64,000 nucleotides of DNA from Octopus vulgaris. Lineage: Eukaryota. The notes below the pieces were generated by a model. It saw only the letters and a list, made by a program, of their open reading frames with translations. It did not search any database and was not told where the DNA came from. Each line of letters starts with the position of its first letter. Positions within the stretch are counted from its first letter, which is position 1. Positions 24,746 to 38,312 of this stretch are shown piece after piece. Made by a program: the position numbers and the translations under genes. Location: positions 3,844,001 through 3,908,000 of the forward strand of contig OX597839.1 of NCBI GenBank assembly GCA_951406725.2, read 5' to 3'.

Positions 24746-25544
24746 AGGGTGATCTTCAAGGACACATGCCAACATGTCTAGATAGAACAAGTTAAAGCTT
24801 ACAAGCTAAACGACGACGACCACCACCACCACCACCCACTACGTCATCACGCCACCATCCCCGTCACCATCACCACCCGAACAAGCCACTTTGACAGCCG
24901 ACAGGAATAGAGGTATCTATCTTATGTACATTAGGATGAAACTGTAAGAGCGAGGAGACAGACAGTGAAACACGAACCCGCGAAGCATAATTTCGGCTTG
25001 TAATCAGTGCTATTGGTTCTGATTAACAGCTGCGAATTTATGTACTAAGACCACTTCACAAGAGTTGACCTGTTCTCAAGTCAATTGGGATAAGCCTGCT
25101 TTAGAAACGGATATGTTTTCATATGCTGTCGTCTGGGTCGATGTAAAGCAGAAAAGAAAAGAAAAGAAAGGAAAAAATTGATGAAAACTTCAGCTGTTTT
25201 TATTTTATTTTATTTCTTGTTCTTTTTTTTTTCTTTGACAATGTTTATCCTCTTCCTAGTTTGGTGTCAATATTGAAAGAAGGTCTCTGTAAAAACTGTA
25301 CGATTTGTTTGACACCATCATAACAAATATACCCTCTTCTCCTACCTGTCTGGGCACACACCGTTACGTGAAGTCATCTCATACGGCGGATGTCCCGATT
25401 TATAGGGTACAAGTTAGAGCTGGTAAAGTTTATATGTCCGATAGACTAAACTACTTTCATTCTTGAACGAAAATAAGATTAACATACAAAAACAACAAAA
25501 AAAAAAAATAATAAAAACAGAAATGAATAGTCTTTTATTATCAT

Positions 25545-25619
25545 TAAGGCGACGAGACCAGCACAATCGTCAATGATCACATTGTAATTGACTTATCCCG
25601 TCCCACGAAATCGCTGGTC

Positions 25620-25668
<49 letters not shown>

Positions 25669-26160
25669 GGCGGCAAGCTGGCAGATTCGTTAGCACGCCG
25701 GACAAAATACTTTGCCGTTCATCCTTTCGGGGTGGATAAATTAAGTACCATTGAAACACTGGGGTCGATGTAATCGACCTACCCTTTCCTCACAAATTTC
25801 AGGCCTTGTGCTTTTAGTAGAAAGGGGACTATTGATACTGTTATTAAGCTAGTAGGATCATTAGCACCGCGAGCAAAATGCTTGGTGGAATTTCGTCCAT
25901 CAATAGGTTCTGAGTTCAAATTCCGCCGCAGTCGACTTGGCCCTGTGCTTATAATAGAAAAGATTACGCCGGGGTCGACTTTGCCTTTCATCCTTTCGAG
26001 GTCGATAAATTAAGTACCTGTGAAATACTGGGGTCGTTGCAATCAACTAGTTCCCTTCCCCCAAATTTCAGACCTTGTGCCTCCAGTAGAAAGGATTATT
26101 ATTATCATTATTAAGGCCGCGAACTGGTAGATTCGTTAGCGCGTCGAACAAAATGCTTTG
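25545..26160 (+). mobile_element. Cluster of degenerate SINE A copies with tail 2
   Basis: Repeated heads (attaaggcg...gttagc) and tails (aaatttcaggccttgtgc..agtagaaag). Confidence 0.7.
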
Positions 26161-26665
26161 GACAAAGAAGGGGGTTAAATTGCTACGAAATAAGATCAGT
26201 TGTTCCTTTAGGGATGGCTTAATCCTTTACCTATTCTGTGTTTCACATATGATACCCAGGGCATATTTCCTTTTGTATCCATACATCATATAGCTTACAC
26301 ATTCCCGATTTTTTGCAACCACCAAAGTAAGTTGGGGCTTATGAAAGAGAAGCTTTATATTACACAGAATGTTATGAAACAGGGGACTAACTAAAAAAAA
26401 AAAAAAAGCATGGGCATTCAGGACAAGCATGAAAATACTTTTAAGGGTCAAAGGTTTAAAGGGTGTCATTTATTTTGTTTTTAAGGAAATAGGTCTAGTA
26501 GGGAATAGCTGTATATCAACAGCGTGGTACCATAGTCGAGGAAACAGTAGGATTTCAGACTAAAATGAAATCTTCAAGTGTACCTATTATATCCACTCAT
26601 TGCATGATTCAAGAGCGGAATAGTGACTAAAAAACTGGGTTTTTTTATTTCTTCTTCGGAGCTAA

Positions 26666-27062
26666 TCTATATATATATATAAAGCTGAAGTTGTCTGCAT
26701 ATGGCAGGTTTGGTAGCCTTCAACTAACACTATCTCCTCCGAGACCCTGCGGCGCAAGTTGAGACCAAAATTGAGAATATGATAGAAGGCTTGCTCTTCC
26801 TTTTGTAGAAGAAAAAAAAATTCAAATCGGACCATGTTAACACCAAAAATTATTTACATCAAAAAGGTGCTTTTTTTCTTATGAAAATTCCTATTTTTTA
26901 CGATTTTTTGACTGCTGTGTCGCCATTTTTCGGTTTATTTCAACCAGAAAAATGTTCACTTAAAGAGAATAACAAGCTACATAATGCAAAATTTTTACTT
27001 TTCAAAAATTCCAATTCTAAAGGGTCGAAATAAACCCGAGCAACGCCGGGCGATACTGCTAG
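26666..27062 (+). mobile_element. Non-autonomous Helitron
   Basis: A|TCtatatatat...cccgagcaacgccgggcgatactgCTAG|T; same 3' end as the 12767 copy. Confidence 0.85.
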
Positions 27063-27314
27063 TTGCAGTAATACAAGATGCAGATAGAATTATTAACTTC
27101 ATTAACGATCGCATTTTGAAAAGTCGTTTATTTACAAATTTGCCAAAGGTCGAATTACTTACTAATGGTAAAAATTCACCCTTATATTTCGTATCTATAA
27201 CAAAAAAATTCTAATTATTTCTCAAATTATTTCATCAATTAAAGGGCTTGGGTATCTGGGAGTGTTGTTTGTGAGACTAGCAAACATTCTGAAAGAACAG
27301 CGTTAGCACAATTC

Positions 27315-27523
27315 TACTCTTTTATTATTCTTTTTCTTGTTTCAGTCATTTGACTGTGGCCATGCTGAAGCACCGCCTTTAGTCGAGCAAATCGACCCCA
27401 TGACTTATTCTTTCTAAGCCTAGTACTTATTCTATCGGTCTCTTAGGCCAAACCGCTAAGTTACGGGGACGTAAACATCAGCATTGGTTGTCAAGCGATG
27501 TTGGGGGGACAAACACAGACATA

Positions 27524-27576
<53 letters not shown>

Positions 27577-27795
27577 ACATACATACATACATACATACAT
27601 ACATACATACATACATACATACATACATACATACATACATACTTCTTTCAGTTTCCGTCTGCCAAATCCACTCACAAAGCTTTGGTCGGCCCGAAGATAT
27701 AGTAGAAGACACTTGCCCAAGGTGCCACGTAGTGGGACTGAACCCGGAACCATCTGGTTCGTAAGCAAGCTACTTACCACACAGCCACTCCTACT
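27315..27795 (-). mobile_element. SINE B, full length, with expanded internal (CA)n/(CATA)n
   Basis: Family consensus. Confidence 0.85.
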
Positions 27796-28194
27796 ATAGG
27801 GACAAACCCTGAAATTTTGGGAGAGGATGCTAGTCAATTACATCGATCCCACTGTTCAACTGGTACTTATTTTATCGACCCCGAAAGGACGAAAGACTAA
27901 GTAGACCTCGTCGGAATTTGAACTCTGCCTGTAGCAGAGAGGATTATTATTATTGGTTTCGAATTTTGGCACAGGGCCAGCAATTTTAGGGGAGAGGATA
28001 AGTCGATTACATCATCCCCAGTGTTCAACTGATACTTATTTTATTGACACCGAAGGGATGAAACGCAAAGTGGACCTCGGCGGAATTTGAACTCAGAACA
28101 CAAAGACAGATGAAACGCCGCTAAGCATTTTACCCGTTGTGCTAACGGTTCTGCCAAGCTCGCGGTCTTAATGCTGCTTTTAATAATCATAAAT

Positions 28195-28619
28195 GGATCT
28201 TTTCGGTTTGAACGGCAGTTTTTTCTAGCGGTGTCATATGAAATTGTCACTCATAATTATGACCCTAGTATCGATCTATTGCATTTCTATCTATTTTAGG
28301 GTTAGGGTTAGGGGTATGGGTGAGGAGAAGGGTATCTTTTTTTCTTCAGAAATGTAAGTAAACCCAATCTGTTTCTTAAACGAGGGACATATTCATACGG
28401 CACAGAGGGTTTTTTTTACCGCAATAGACGTCAGTGATTGGTTGAAATTGCAGAAACCGAAGAAAAACAACAACAAATATCTTACAAACCGTAGAATTTT
28501 CTCAATAAAGCCAAGAGAAAAAGATGTTTTATAAACACATTCTACCAGTATACGAAGTTTAAAATTTTTTAGTTACCTAGAAATTATGTTAAAAACTGCC
28601 GTTCAAACCGAAAAGATCC
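28195..28619. mobile_element. MITE with GGATCTTTTCGGTTTGAACGGCAGTTTTT TIR and internal (TTAGGG)n (Merlin-like)
   Basis: 29-bp perfect TIR; 8-bp TSD tcataaat. Confidence 0.9.
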
Positions 28620-28779
28620 TCATAAATTCTTCGAATTTTAGAAGTAGAGAGATAGTTTATTACTTGACAGGTATTTTTTCGATTCCAAAAAGGACGAAAT
28701 GCAACGTTGATCTCAGTAGGGTTTGAACTCAAAGCATAAAGAGCTAGAACCATTGCCCGAATATTCCTTTCAAATTTTA

Positions 28780-29372
28780 TTACAAGGCCAGAAATTCGGG
28801 TGAGCGGTTACGTTGATTACATCGACTCCAGTCCTCAATTGGTACTTATTGGCGAGCTGGCAGAAACGTTAGCACGTCGGACGAATTGCGTAGCCGTATT
28901 TCCTCTGCCGTTCTGAGTTCAAATTCCGCCGAGGTCGACTTTTCCTTTCATCCTTTCGGGGTCGATTAATTAAGTACCAGTTACGCACTGGGGTCGATGT
29001 AATCGACTTAATACCTATGTCTGTTCTTGTTTGTCCCCTCTGTGTTTAGCCCCTTGTGGGTAATAAAGAAATAGGTACTTATTTCATCGACCCCCCAAAG
29101 GAATGAAAAGCCAAGTCGACCTCGGTGGAATTTGAACTCAGAACGTGAAGACGGACGAAATACCACGAAGAAGAATTTTGCTCGACGTGCTAACGATTCT
29201 GCCAGTCTGTCGCCTTAATATTGGCCTCTCATCTATTCTAACGACTCCCGAAAAAGAATGAAAGGCAAAGTCGGCATTGGTGGAATTCGAACTCAGAACG
29301 TAACGAGCAGGAAGGGGAAGCCAGCTAAGCGTTTTGTCCGACGTGTTAACGATTCTGCCAGCTCTCCGCCTT
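28780..29372. mobile_element. Young SINE A (+, 28851-29072) inserted into older SINE A copies (-)
   Basis: TSD ggtacttatt at 28841 and 29074. Confidence 0.8.
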
Positions 29373-30615
29373 AAACCACCACCACCACTACCACCACCAC
29401 CACCACTAACACCACCACCACCACAACAACAACAACAATAAACAGCAAGCACTACCGCCAACACCACCATGAGTAGTAACTAGTATCTTCATCACTACTA
29501 ATACTACAACTACTACTTCACCACGACAACGAACGACGACAGCCGCCACCCACCACTACCATCGTCACCATCACCACCGCCGCCACCATCGCCACCACCC
29601 CATCCCCACCACCACCATCGCCACCGCCACCACCTCACCACCACCACCACCACCACCACCACCACCACCACCACCACCACCACCACCGCCACCACCACCA
29701 CCCACCACCACCACCACCACCACCACCACCACCACCACCACCACCCACCGCCACCACCACTGCCACCACCTCACCACCACCACCACCACCACCGCCGCCG
29801 CCACCACCACCTCTTCCTCCTCCTCCCTCTCCTCTAACATTATCACTAGTTCATCACCACCACCACCACCACCACCACCACCACCACCACCACCACCACC
29901 ACCACCTCCCACCTCTCCTCCTCCTCTAACATTTAACTCCAGCACTCCTGCTATCACCATTACCACCACCACTCGCACCACCACCGTTACAACCACCACC
30001 ACCACTGCTACTACCACCACAAGTATTTAATTCCACTGCCTCTCGCTATCACTACTACCTCATCCATCACTACCAACACCACAACCACTTCGTCACAAGC
30101 GCCATACCACCACTACCATCATCATTACCAACAACAACAGCAACAACATGAACATCTCAACCACCAGCATCCTCACCTTCACCGCCACCTGCATCAACGC
30201 CGCCATCCACCACCACCACCACCACCACCACCACCACCACTACAACTACCACCACCACCACCACCACCTCTACACTACCACCACCACCACCACTACAACT
30301 ACCACCACCACCACCACCACCACAACAACTACCACCACCACCACCACCACCACCACCACCACCACCACCACCACCACCACCACATTACCACCACCACCAC
30401 CACCCACCACCACCACCACTACAACTACCACCACCACCACCACCACCACTACAACTACCACCACCACCACCACCACCACCACCACCACCACCACCACCAC
30501 CACCACCACCACCACCACCATTACCACCACCACCACCACTACCGTCACCACCACCAGCAACAACAACGACAGCAGCAGCAGCAACATCACGACTGCCGCC
30601 GCCGTCGCCGCCATC
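29373..30615. repeat. Long (ACC)n-dominated trinucleotide tract
   Basis: Directly visible; source of the poly-T/H/V/G ORFs. Confidence 0.95.
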
Positions 30616-30787
30616 AGATTGCTTAAAGGAAAAGTGAAAAGGAAGAGAAGCTATTCAAGATAAATACATAACAAAAACAAAAAAAAACATTTATGACAAT
30701 GAAAAAAAAGGGGGCAGCATTAGAACACGTGACAACGTATGGTATGAAGATAATGATAATAATGATGATGATAATGATGATGATTGT

Positions 30788-31178
30788 AATCCTTTCTGTT
30801 ATAGGCTCAAGGCCTGAAGTTTTGGGGGAGGGGGCTAGTCGATTACATCGAGCCCCAGAATTTCACTGGTACTTAATTTAACGACCCTGAAAGGATGAAA
30901 GGCAAAGTCGACCTCGGCGGAATTTGAACTCAGAACGACGGGCGAAATACCTATTTCTTTACTACCCACAAGGGGCTAAACGCAGAGAGGACAAACAAGG
31001 ACAGACAAACGGATTAAGCCGATTATATCGACCCCAGTGCGTAACTGGTACTTATTTAATCGACCCCGATGGGATGAAAGGCAAAGTCGACCTCGGCGAA
31101 ATTTGAACTCAGAACGACGGGCGAAATACCGCGAAGCATTTCACATGACATGCTTAACGATTCTGCCAGCTCGCCGCC

Positions 31179-31235
<57 letters not shown>

Positions 31236-31319
31236 GTGCCTTGTAGTCATGATGGGTATACTGGGCTTCGTATATTTTACTCCAGTGTCACTTTGATGGC
31301 ATGCACTGCTCTCTCACTC

Positions 31320-31376
<57 letters not shown>

Positions 31377-31757
31377 TCTTTCTACTGGTGGCACAAGGTC
31401 TCAAATTTGTGAGGTGAACACTAATCAATTATGTCGACTGCAGTGTTTCATTGGTACTTGATTTATCGACCCGGAAGGGTGAAAGGTAATTTGAACTCAG
31501 AATATAGCGACGGGTGAAATACCTATTTCTTTCCTACCCACAAGGGGCTAAACACAGAGGGAACAAACAAGGACAGACAAACGGATTAAGTCGATTACAT
31601 CGACTCCAGTGGGTAACTGGTACTTAATTTATCGACCCCGAAAGGATGAAAGGCAAAGTCGACCTTTGGCGGAATTTGAACTCAGAACATAGCGGCAGAC
31701 GAAATACTGCTAAGCATTTCGTCCGGCGTGCTAACGATTCTGCCAGCTCGCCGCCTT
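30788..31757 (-). mobile_element. Two SINE A dimers (30788-31180, 31378-31757) separated by (AAT)n
   Basis: Junction gaaatacctatttc at about 30944 and 31516. Confidence 0.8.
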
Positions 31758-31938
31758 AATAATAATGATAATAATAATAAGAAGAAGAAGAAGAAGATAA
31801 AGAAGAAGAAAAGGGGAGGAAGGAGGGAAAAAGAAGAATGAAAAGAGGAAGGAGAAAGAGGAGAAGAAGAAAATAGGAATAAGAAGAGAGTGAAGGGGCA
31901 GAGAAGAAAAGAGGTGGCAAGAAGGAGAAGAAGAAGAA

Positions 31939-31980
<42 letters not shown>

Positions 31981-32521
31981 GATCAACAACAACAACAGCA
32001 ACAACAACATCGCCACCAACAAGAGTTTATTTAGTAAAAAAAAAAAAGAGAGAAAAAAAAACACCTACCCGTTTACTGTTTACCTTTGTGTTGTAGTACC
32101 CCGTGGGGTACTTTTATCTGGTCATTAAGGTAAAAAGTATTAGAGCAGCGTTTTAACAAAGGAACTGTGTGTGAGACGCCAGGAACATAATGAATAAGTT
32201 CATTTAAGACACCTCATCACATGATTGTAACGATGGCTGATTAAAAACGGGTAATGCCTGCAGGGTACGGTTTTCTACGTTCTACATCCATCACCCGGTA
32301 CTCGGTTAAAGGTGGAGCAGGTGTAGAAATCTAACGAGCCAACAGGTTGTTGTTTTTTTTTTTGTCTGTTTTGTTTTGTTTTGTTTCTTGAGCAACATGA
32401 AATAGTTTCTTCTTGTTTTTTTCTTTTTAAAAACTTGTTTCTGTGATTGGATTTGCGGCCATGCTTGAGCATCGCCTTGGACAATTTCTAGTCGAAAAAA
32501 TCAACCGCAGTACTTATTATT

Positions 32522-32578
<57 letters not shown>

Positions 32579-32641
32579 ATCACCACCACCACCACCACCA
32601 CCATCACCACCATCATCATCACCGCCACCACCACCACCACC

Positions 32642-32675
<34 letters not shown>

Positions 32676-32866
32676 TTGAGTGAGAGAGCAGCGCATGCCA
32701 TCAAAGTGACACTGGGGTACAGATATACGAAGCCCAATATACCCATCATGATTATCTCTCTGATAAGGGTACACCAGGCACATGCATCACAACCATATGT
32801 GCTCTACACTATTATTATCATCATCATTATTATTATTATCATCATCATATTATTATTATCATATCA

Positions 32867-32958
<92 letters not shown>

Positions 32959-33071
32959 GTCAAGACTAAGAGTGCGATTCGGTTGTAAGATATTTTATTA
33001 GTTGAGACGTAGTTGAAATATCGTTCAAACTAATAGAATATCTGAAATAATCGTTCAAACTCAATAAAATA

Positions 33072-33121
<50 letters not shown>

Positions 33122-33123
<2 letters not shown>

Positions 33124-33670
33124 GGGTGAGAGAGCAATACATACCATTAAAGTGACACTGAGGTACAATTATACGAAAGCCAATACACCCATTATCACTA
33201 CCCGTCCGATAAGGGTACACCAGGCACATGCATCACAACCATATGTGCGTGACATGGTGATCTCATATCAAGATAAACAGTGCAAGACCTTGCAGGTGGG
33301 GGCCCTGTTAGAATTTTCTTCAGCTCGAGAAGCCCATCCCGCATAAAGGTCCCCGAATTAGGTTTGTTTAAGGATGTTGAACGAAACACCCATGTCTCCA
33401 AAGGTGAATTATTCAAACCCCAAAGAAATACTCTCAACACATGGCTATGAATGCTCCCCCTACTATTCCTGCTCGTGATCAGAGATGCACATATCATCAG
33501 CCACTATGGGACATGCTCAACTGGTTACGGTCAAACAACTGACAAGCAAATCTGTGGTATTGGGCAGAATGTTTGCTGTAGACCCATCTTTTATACCGAG
33601 ACAAAACGATGTCCATTATAACACTTCCAATCAGTTAAGATCAGAAGCCATGAAAGCCACTGCCTAGAAC
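33122..33670 (-). mobile_element. Retroposon 3' region ending in (AAT)n; shorter copies at 32674-32805 (-) and 31236-31322 (+)
   Basis: Shared gtgtcactttgatggcatgc.ctgctctctcactcaataataat terminus. Confidence 0.6.
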
Positions 33671-34969
33671 TGTTAATCTTCTATTCTTTTATTCTTTTAT
33701 TCTTTTACTTGTTCCAGACATTATAAAAGTTATGCAACTTTTATATATTTTTTTAATGGTTTTAAATGGTTTTGAGTTCAAAATTTCCAGTCATATGGGT
33801 GTTATAATATATGGTCATATATAATATGGTCATTGGGGTCTAACTGGACACCATTGGCCTTCTGTGAAATTATTTTTTTCTGTTCTTTTTTCAGATATTC
33901 TGATGAACTATAAAGTCAATTTTTCTTCGTATTTGTACTGTTATGAATCGATATATTTTTTCTTTTATTTCGTTTTTGGATTTGGTTTGCAAGATTCTTT
34001 ATATGAGTTCATGTGTTGAAGCATATTCTGTGTGTCTGGGGAGAGTCATTTTCTTTTTGTGCCTTATAATATAACACACTCACAGATAAAATTTCCACTT
34101 ATATCTTATTTTTATTTTCCTAAAATTTTCGTTGCGTCTTGCAACCTTTTCAATAGTTTTATTTTATATTATTGCTATATGTATAATTTATAAAACTATA
34201 AAAAAAAAGTGCTAAATTTCTTGTTCCGTATCATGCACTCACACAAATATACAAGATTAAACAAATACAAGCCAGATTACAAAATAGAAAGCTGTGATTC
34301 GTCGTCTCTCTCCATTGCACCAATCACAGCCAGTTTTTAGTTCAAATATCCCTGTATCTGCTTTTTTGCTGTTTTACGCTTGTTTTGTTGTTCCTAGACT
34401 ATAAAATAATATTTATTATTAATATTTTAATGGATTTAATGAAAAATTTTAGGTGTTCATATATATATATATATATTTTTAAAATCCGCGAAGTCGTGAA
34501 TCCGCGATAGTTGAACCGCGAAGTAGCGAGCGATCACTGTATTACTTCATGGATAGTGCGGAAATGCGCAAAAATAAAAGGGGTCTCTAAAGGTCTTTTG
34601 CATAATTCCAACTCCACCGGCCCACGAAGGGTTAAAAGGGGTCCGTGGGAAAAGTAATTTAAATCAAAAGGTTGGAAAGCACTGTCGGGAACCCCTGTGG
34701 AAAGGTTGGGAACCACTGGCCTAGGGTTCAGTCCTAGGGTTCAGAAGTGTCGAACAAATCGACCCCAGTTCTTTTTTTCTTTTTAAAGTCCGGCATTTAT
34801 TTTATCGGTCACTTTTATCGAACCGCTAACTGTCGGAGACGTAAACAATCTAGCACAGTTTGAAAAACGGTGCTAGGAAACAAACACAATCATAACACAC
34901 ATACAGACGCGTACATACATGTACACACACACACACACATATATATACATACACCCCCATATATGTATG

Positions 34970-35004
<35 letters not shown>

Positions 35005-35017
35005 ATTTATATGTATG

Positions 35018-35053
<36 letters not shown>

Positions 35054-35471
35054 CATATATATATATGTGTATGTGTATATATATATATGTATGTATGTAT
35101 GTATAAAAAATACAAACTGGGACAAGAACGTGTGTGTGTATATATATAACAAGGTAGTCAGAATGTTGGATGATTATATATATTTTTATTTACATTTTTA
35201 GCGCTTTCTTCCGTTATCGGATTTATCAAAAAAGTGGTTTACAGTAAGTTTGTTTCGCCTTTTTATATAAAATTGAACCTAATATTTTACGTATACGACA
35301 GGCGTTTTTCGGTTTCCATCTACCAAATCCACTCACATGGCTTTGCTCGGCCTAGATGCTGCGCAGTAGGACTGAAACCAAGATTACATGGCTGAGAAGC
35401 AGGCTATTTAACCACACAGCTATGCCTGTGCCTAGCTGCTGATGGCTGTCAGATTAATTTTGCGCGCGTGG

Positions 35472-35888
35472 TACTCTTTTACTCTCTTTTATTTGTTTCA
35501 GTCATTTGACTGCGGCCATGCTGGAGCACCGCCTTTAGTCGAGCAAATCGACCCCGGGACTTATTCTTTGTAAGCCCAGTACTTATTCTATCGGTCTCTT
35601 TTGCCGAACCGCTAAGTGACGGGGACGTAAACACACCAGCATCGGTTGTCAAGCAATGCTAGGGGGACAAACACAGACACACAAACACACACACACACAC
35701 ACATATACATATATATACATATATACGACAGGCTTCTTTCAGTTTCCGTCTACCAAATCCACTCACAAGGCATTGGTCGGTCCGGGGCTGTAGCAGAAGA
35801 CACTTGCCCAAGATGCCACGCAGTGGGACTGAACCCGGAACCATGTGGTTGGTTAGCAAGCTACTTACCACACAGCCACTCCTGCGCG
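35472..35888 (-). mobile_element. SINE B, full length
   Basis: Family consensus. Confidence 0.9.
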
Positions 35889-36497
35889 TTACGATTCGTT
35901 TGATTGTTGCTTACAATACGCATTGCTTTTGATGGAAATAGGTGAGAATTGCTGGTATCTTTTTATATGTAAGATCCTACACAATGTAAGATACATGCTG
36001 GCATTGAACAAATATAAAAATAAAGAGAAGAAAAGACAAAAAACAAAACGATAAAAAGCCAGAAAACTGGGCAGTAACAAAAAGAAGCTACAGTTCCGTT
36101 TCTGAGTATTTCCTGTTGAATGAACCCTAAAAGTACCACATGGAAATCTGCTGTTGTGGGCGAGAGAAATATATTAACTTTATCACACAGCTGAGATAAA
36201 AAAAAAATAATAATAATATATAAACATAAAGCTGTTAGATGAGAAAGAAGTTTAGACCAGCGTTAAACGAGGCCTGCACCTATCCGTGAAGAACTGGTTG
36301 TGACCTTCCTGGTTACATCAATTCTTATCTGGTTTTGAAACGAGTACTTCTAACCTAATTCTCACTGTCTGAACTATGATGCGAACGTGTACCGAACTGA
36401 TAAGCTGAAAGCGATTCACCCAAATCTCTATTTCTCTGTTTTCTGGGGGTTTTTTTCCCACTGTTAATCCTTAAAACAGTAAGGCTGAAATATTAAC

Positions 36498-37138
36498 ATG
36501 GCGGAACTGACAGAATCGTTAGCAAAGGCGGCGAGCTGGCAGAATCGTTAGCATGCCGGACGAAATGCTTAGCGGAATTTCGACTGCTACTATATTCTGA
36601 GTTCAAATTCCGCCGTGGTCGACTCAGCCTTTCATCTTCTCGGGTTCTATAAAATAAGTACCAGTTCATCACTCGGGCGATGTAATCGAATTAACCCCTC
36701 CCCGAAATTGCTGGCTTTGTGCCAAAATTTGAAACTAATATATACAGATAGGCGTAGGAGTGACTGTGTGGTAAGTAGCTTGCTTACGAACCACATGCTT
36801 CCAGGTTCAGACCCACTGCGTGGCACCTTGGGCCGACCAAAGCCTTGTGAGTGGATTTGGTAGACGGAAACTGAAAGAAGCTCGTCGTATATATGTATAT
36901 GTACATATGTATGTGTGTGTATGTGTTTGTGTGTCTGTGTTTGTTCCCCCAACATCGCTTGACAACAGTTGCTGGTGTGTTTACGTCCCCGTAACTAAGC
37001 AGTTCGGCAAAAGGGACCGATAGAATAAGTACTTGGCTTACAAAGAATAAGTCCTGGGGGTCGATTTACTCGACTAAAGGCGGTGCTCCAGCATGGCCGC
37101 AGTCAAATGACTGAAACAAGTAAAAGAGTAAAAGGGAG
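36498..37138 (+). mobile_element. SINE A (duplicated head, tail 2) followed by SINE B (36751-37138)
   Basis: Family consensus. Confidence 0.8.
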
Positions 37139-37733
37139 TATATATGTATCGTTGTATTCGAGCATAGGGGCCAAAATAATTTACTCTTTTTTTCACCCTT
37201 TTCTGTCCCTTTTTTTAGAATGATCTGATCTTGATAAAAAGCGGAATAAGCAAATCCCTTGCGCAACCCATACAGTGAAGTATTTAAAGTGATAATGGCT
37301 TTTGTGAAACCATTCACACTTTTTCGCACTGCTAATATTAACATCAAAAGCAAAGGTTTTTCATAGACCCCTAATATGATACTGTGAATCTCCAATTTAC
37401 TATTTTGATTGTGCGGACCCCCCCCCTCCAAAATCTTATACGAACCCCTAGGGGTCATATGGATCTGGTTGAGAACCACTTTCTAACAACATGTGCTCTC
37501 CATCGTAGCCGTTCCCGTACCAGCCCCTCGGCATCCTCCAAGGAGACGCCGAGCCTTCGGGGATCTTCCTTAATCATGTCCAACCATCTGGTGCAGGGGC
37601 CTGCCACCAGGCCCCTTCCAACCCGCAGCTGCTGCGTCGAATGAGAGTAAAACCCTTGTAAGCTGATCTAGCGGGAGACGGGGGACATGTCCGTACCAGC
37701 GCATGCGACGGATAGCTATGAGGTGGGAAGAAA

Positions 37734-38148
37734 GGCGGCGAGCTGGCAGAAACGTTAGCGCCCCGGGCGAAATGCTTAGCGGTATTTCGTCTGACGTTAC
37801 GTTCTGAGTTCAAATTCCGCCGAGGTAGACTTTGCCTTTCATCCTTTCGGGGTCGATAAATAAAGTACCAGTTTCACACTGGGGTCGATGTAATCGACTT
37901 AATCCATTTGTGTGTCCTTGTTTGTCCCCTCTATGTTTAGCCCCTTGTGGGTAATAAAGAAATAGGTATTTCGTCTGACGTTACGTTCTGAGTTCAAATT
38001 CCGCCGAGGTAGACTTTACCTTTCATCCTTTCGGGGTCGATAAATAAAGTACCAGTTTCACACTGGGGTCGATGTAATCGACTTAATCCATTTGTCTGTC
38101 CTTGTTTGTCCCCTCTATGTTTAGCCCCTTGTGGGTAGTAAAGAAATA
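37734..38148 (+). mobile_element. SINE A dimer
   Basis: GGTATTTC at 37781 and 37965; 17-bp TSD ta(t/c)gaggtgggaagaaa. Confidence 0.9.
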
Positions 38149-38312
38149 TACGAGGTGGGAAGAAATCTTATTGTTTATTGGTAATTAAAACCATACTTTA
38201 CTCATTCAGTATCACTGGGTGCATGTGACGAACTGTCTTTTTCCATGCTTTCAATTTGAAGGTTAACTGAATAACTGAATAAATAATTCCCCTGTTAATG
38301 AATGCTAGAGAG

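Noticed and set aside
21983-24781. Many long ORFs (MYVC, HTHT, YIYI repeats), also at 29-33 kb, 43-44 kb, 51-53 kb and 58 kb
   Set aside because: Translations of microsatellites; no coding signal.
24993-25035. Hairpin taatcag/ctgatta as a possible pre-miRNA
   Set aside because: Stem only about 15 bp; no recognisable mature sequence.
25260-25421. Good-looking acceptor (cctcttcctag) and donor (gtaaag) pair
   Set aside because: Stops in all three frames; a non-coding exon cannot be supported without transcripts.
28296-28313. TTAGGG runs as evidence of a chromosome end or fusion site
   Set aside because: All lie inside TSD-flanked MITE copies.
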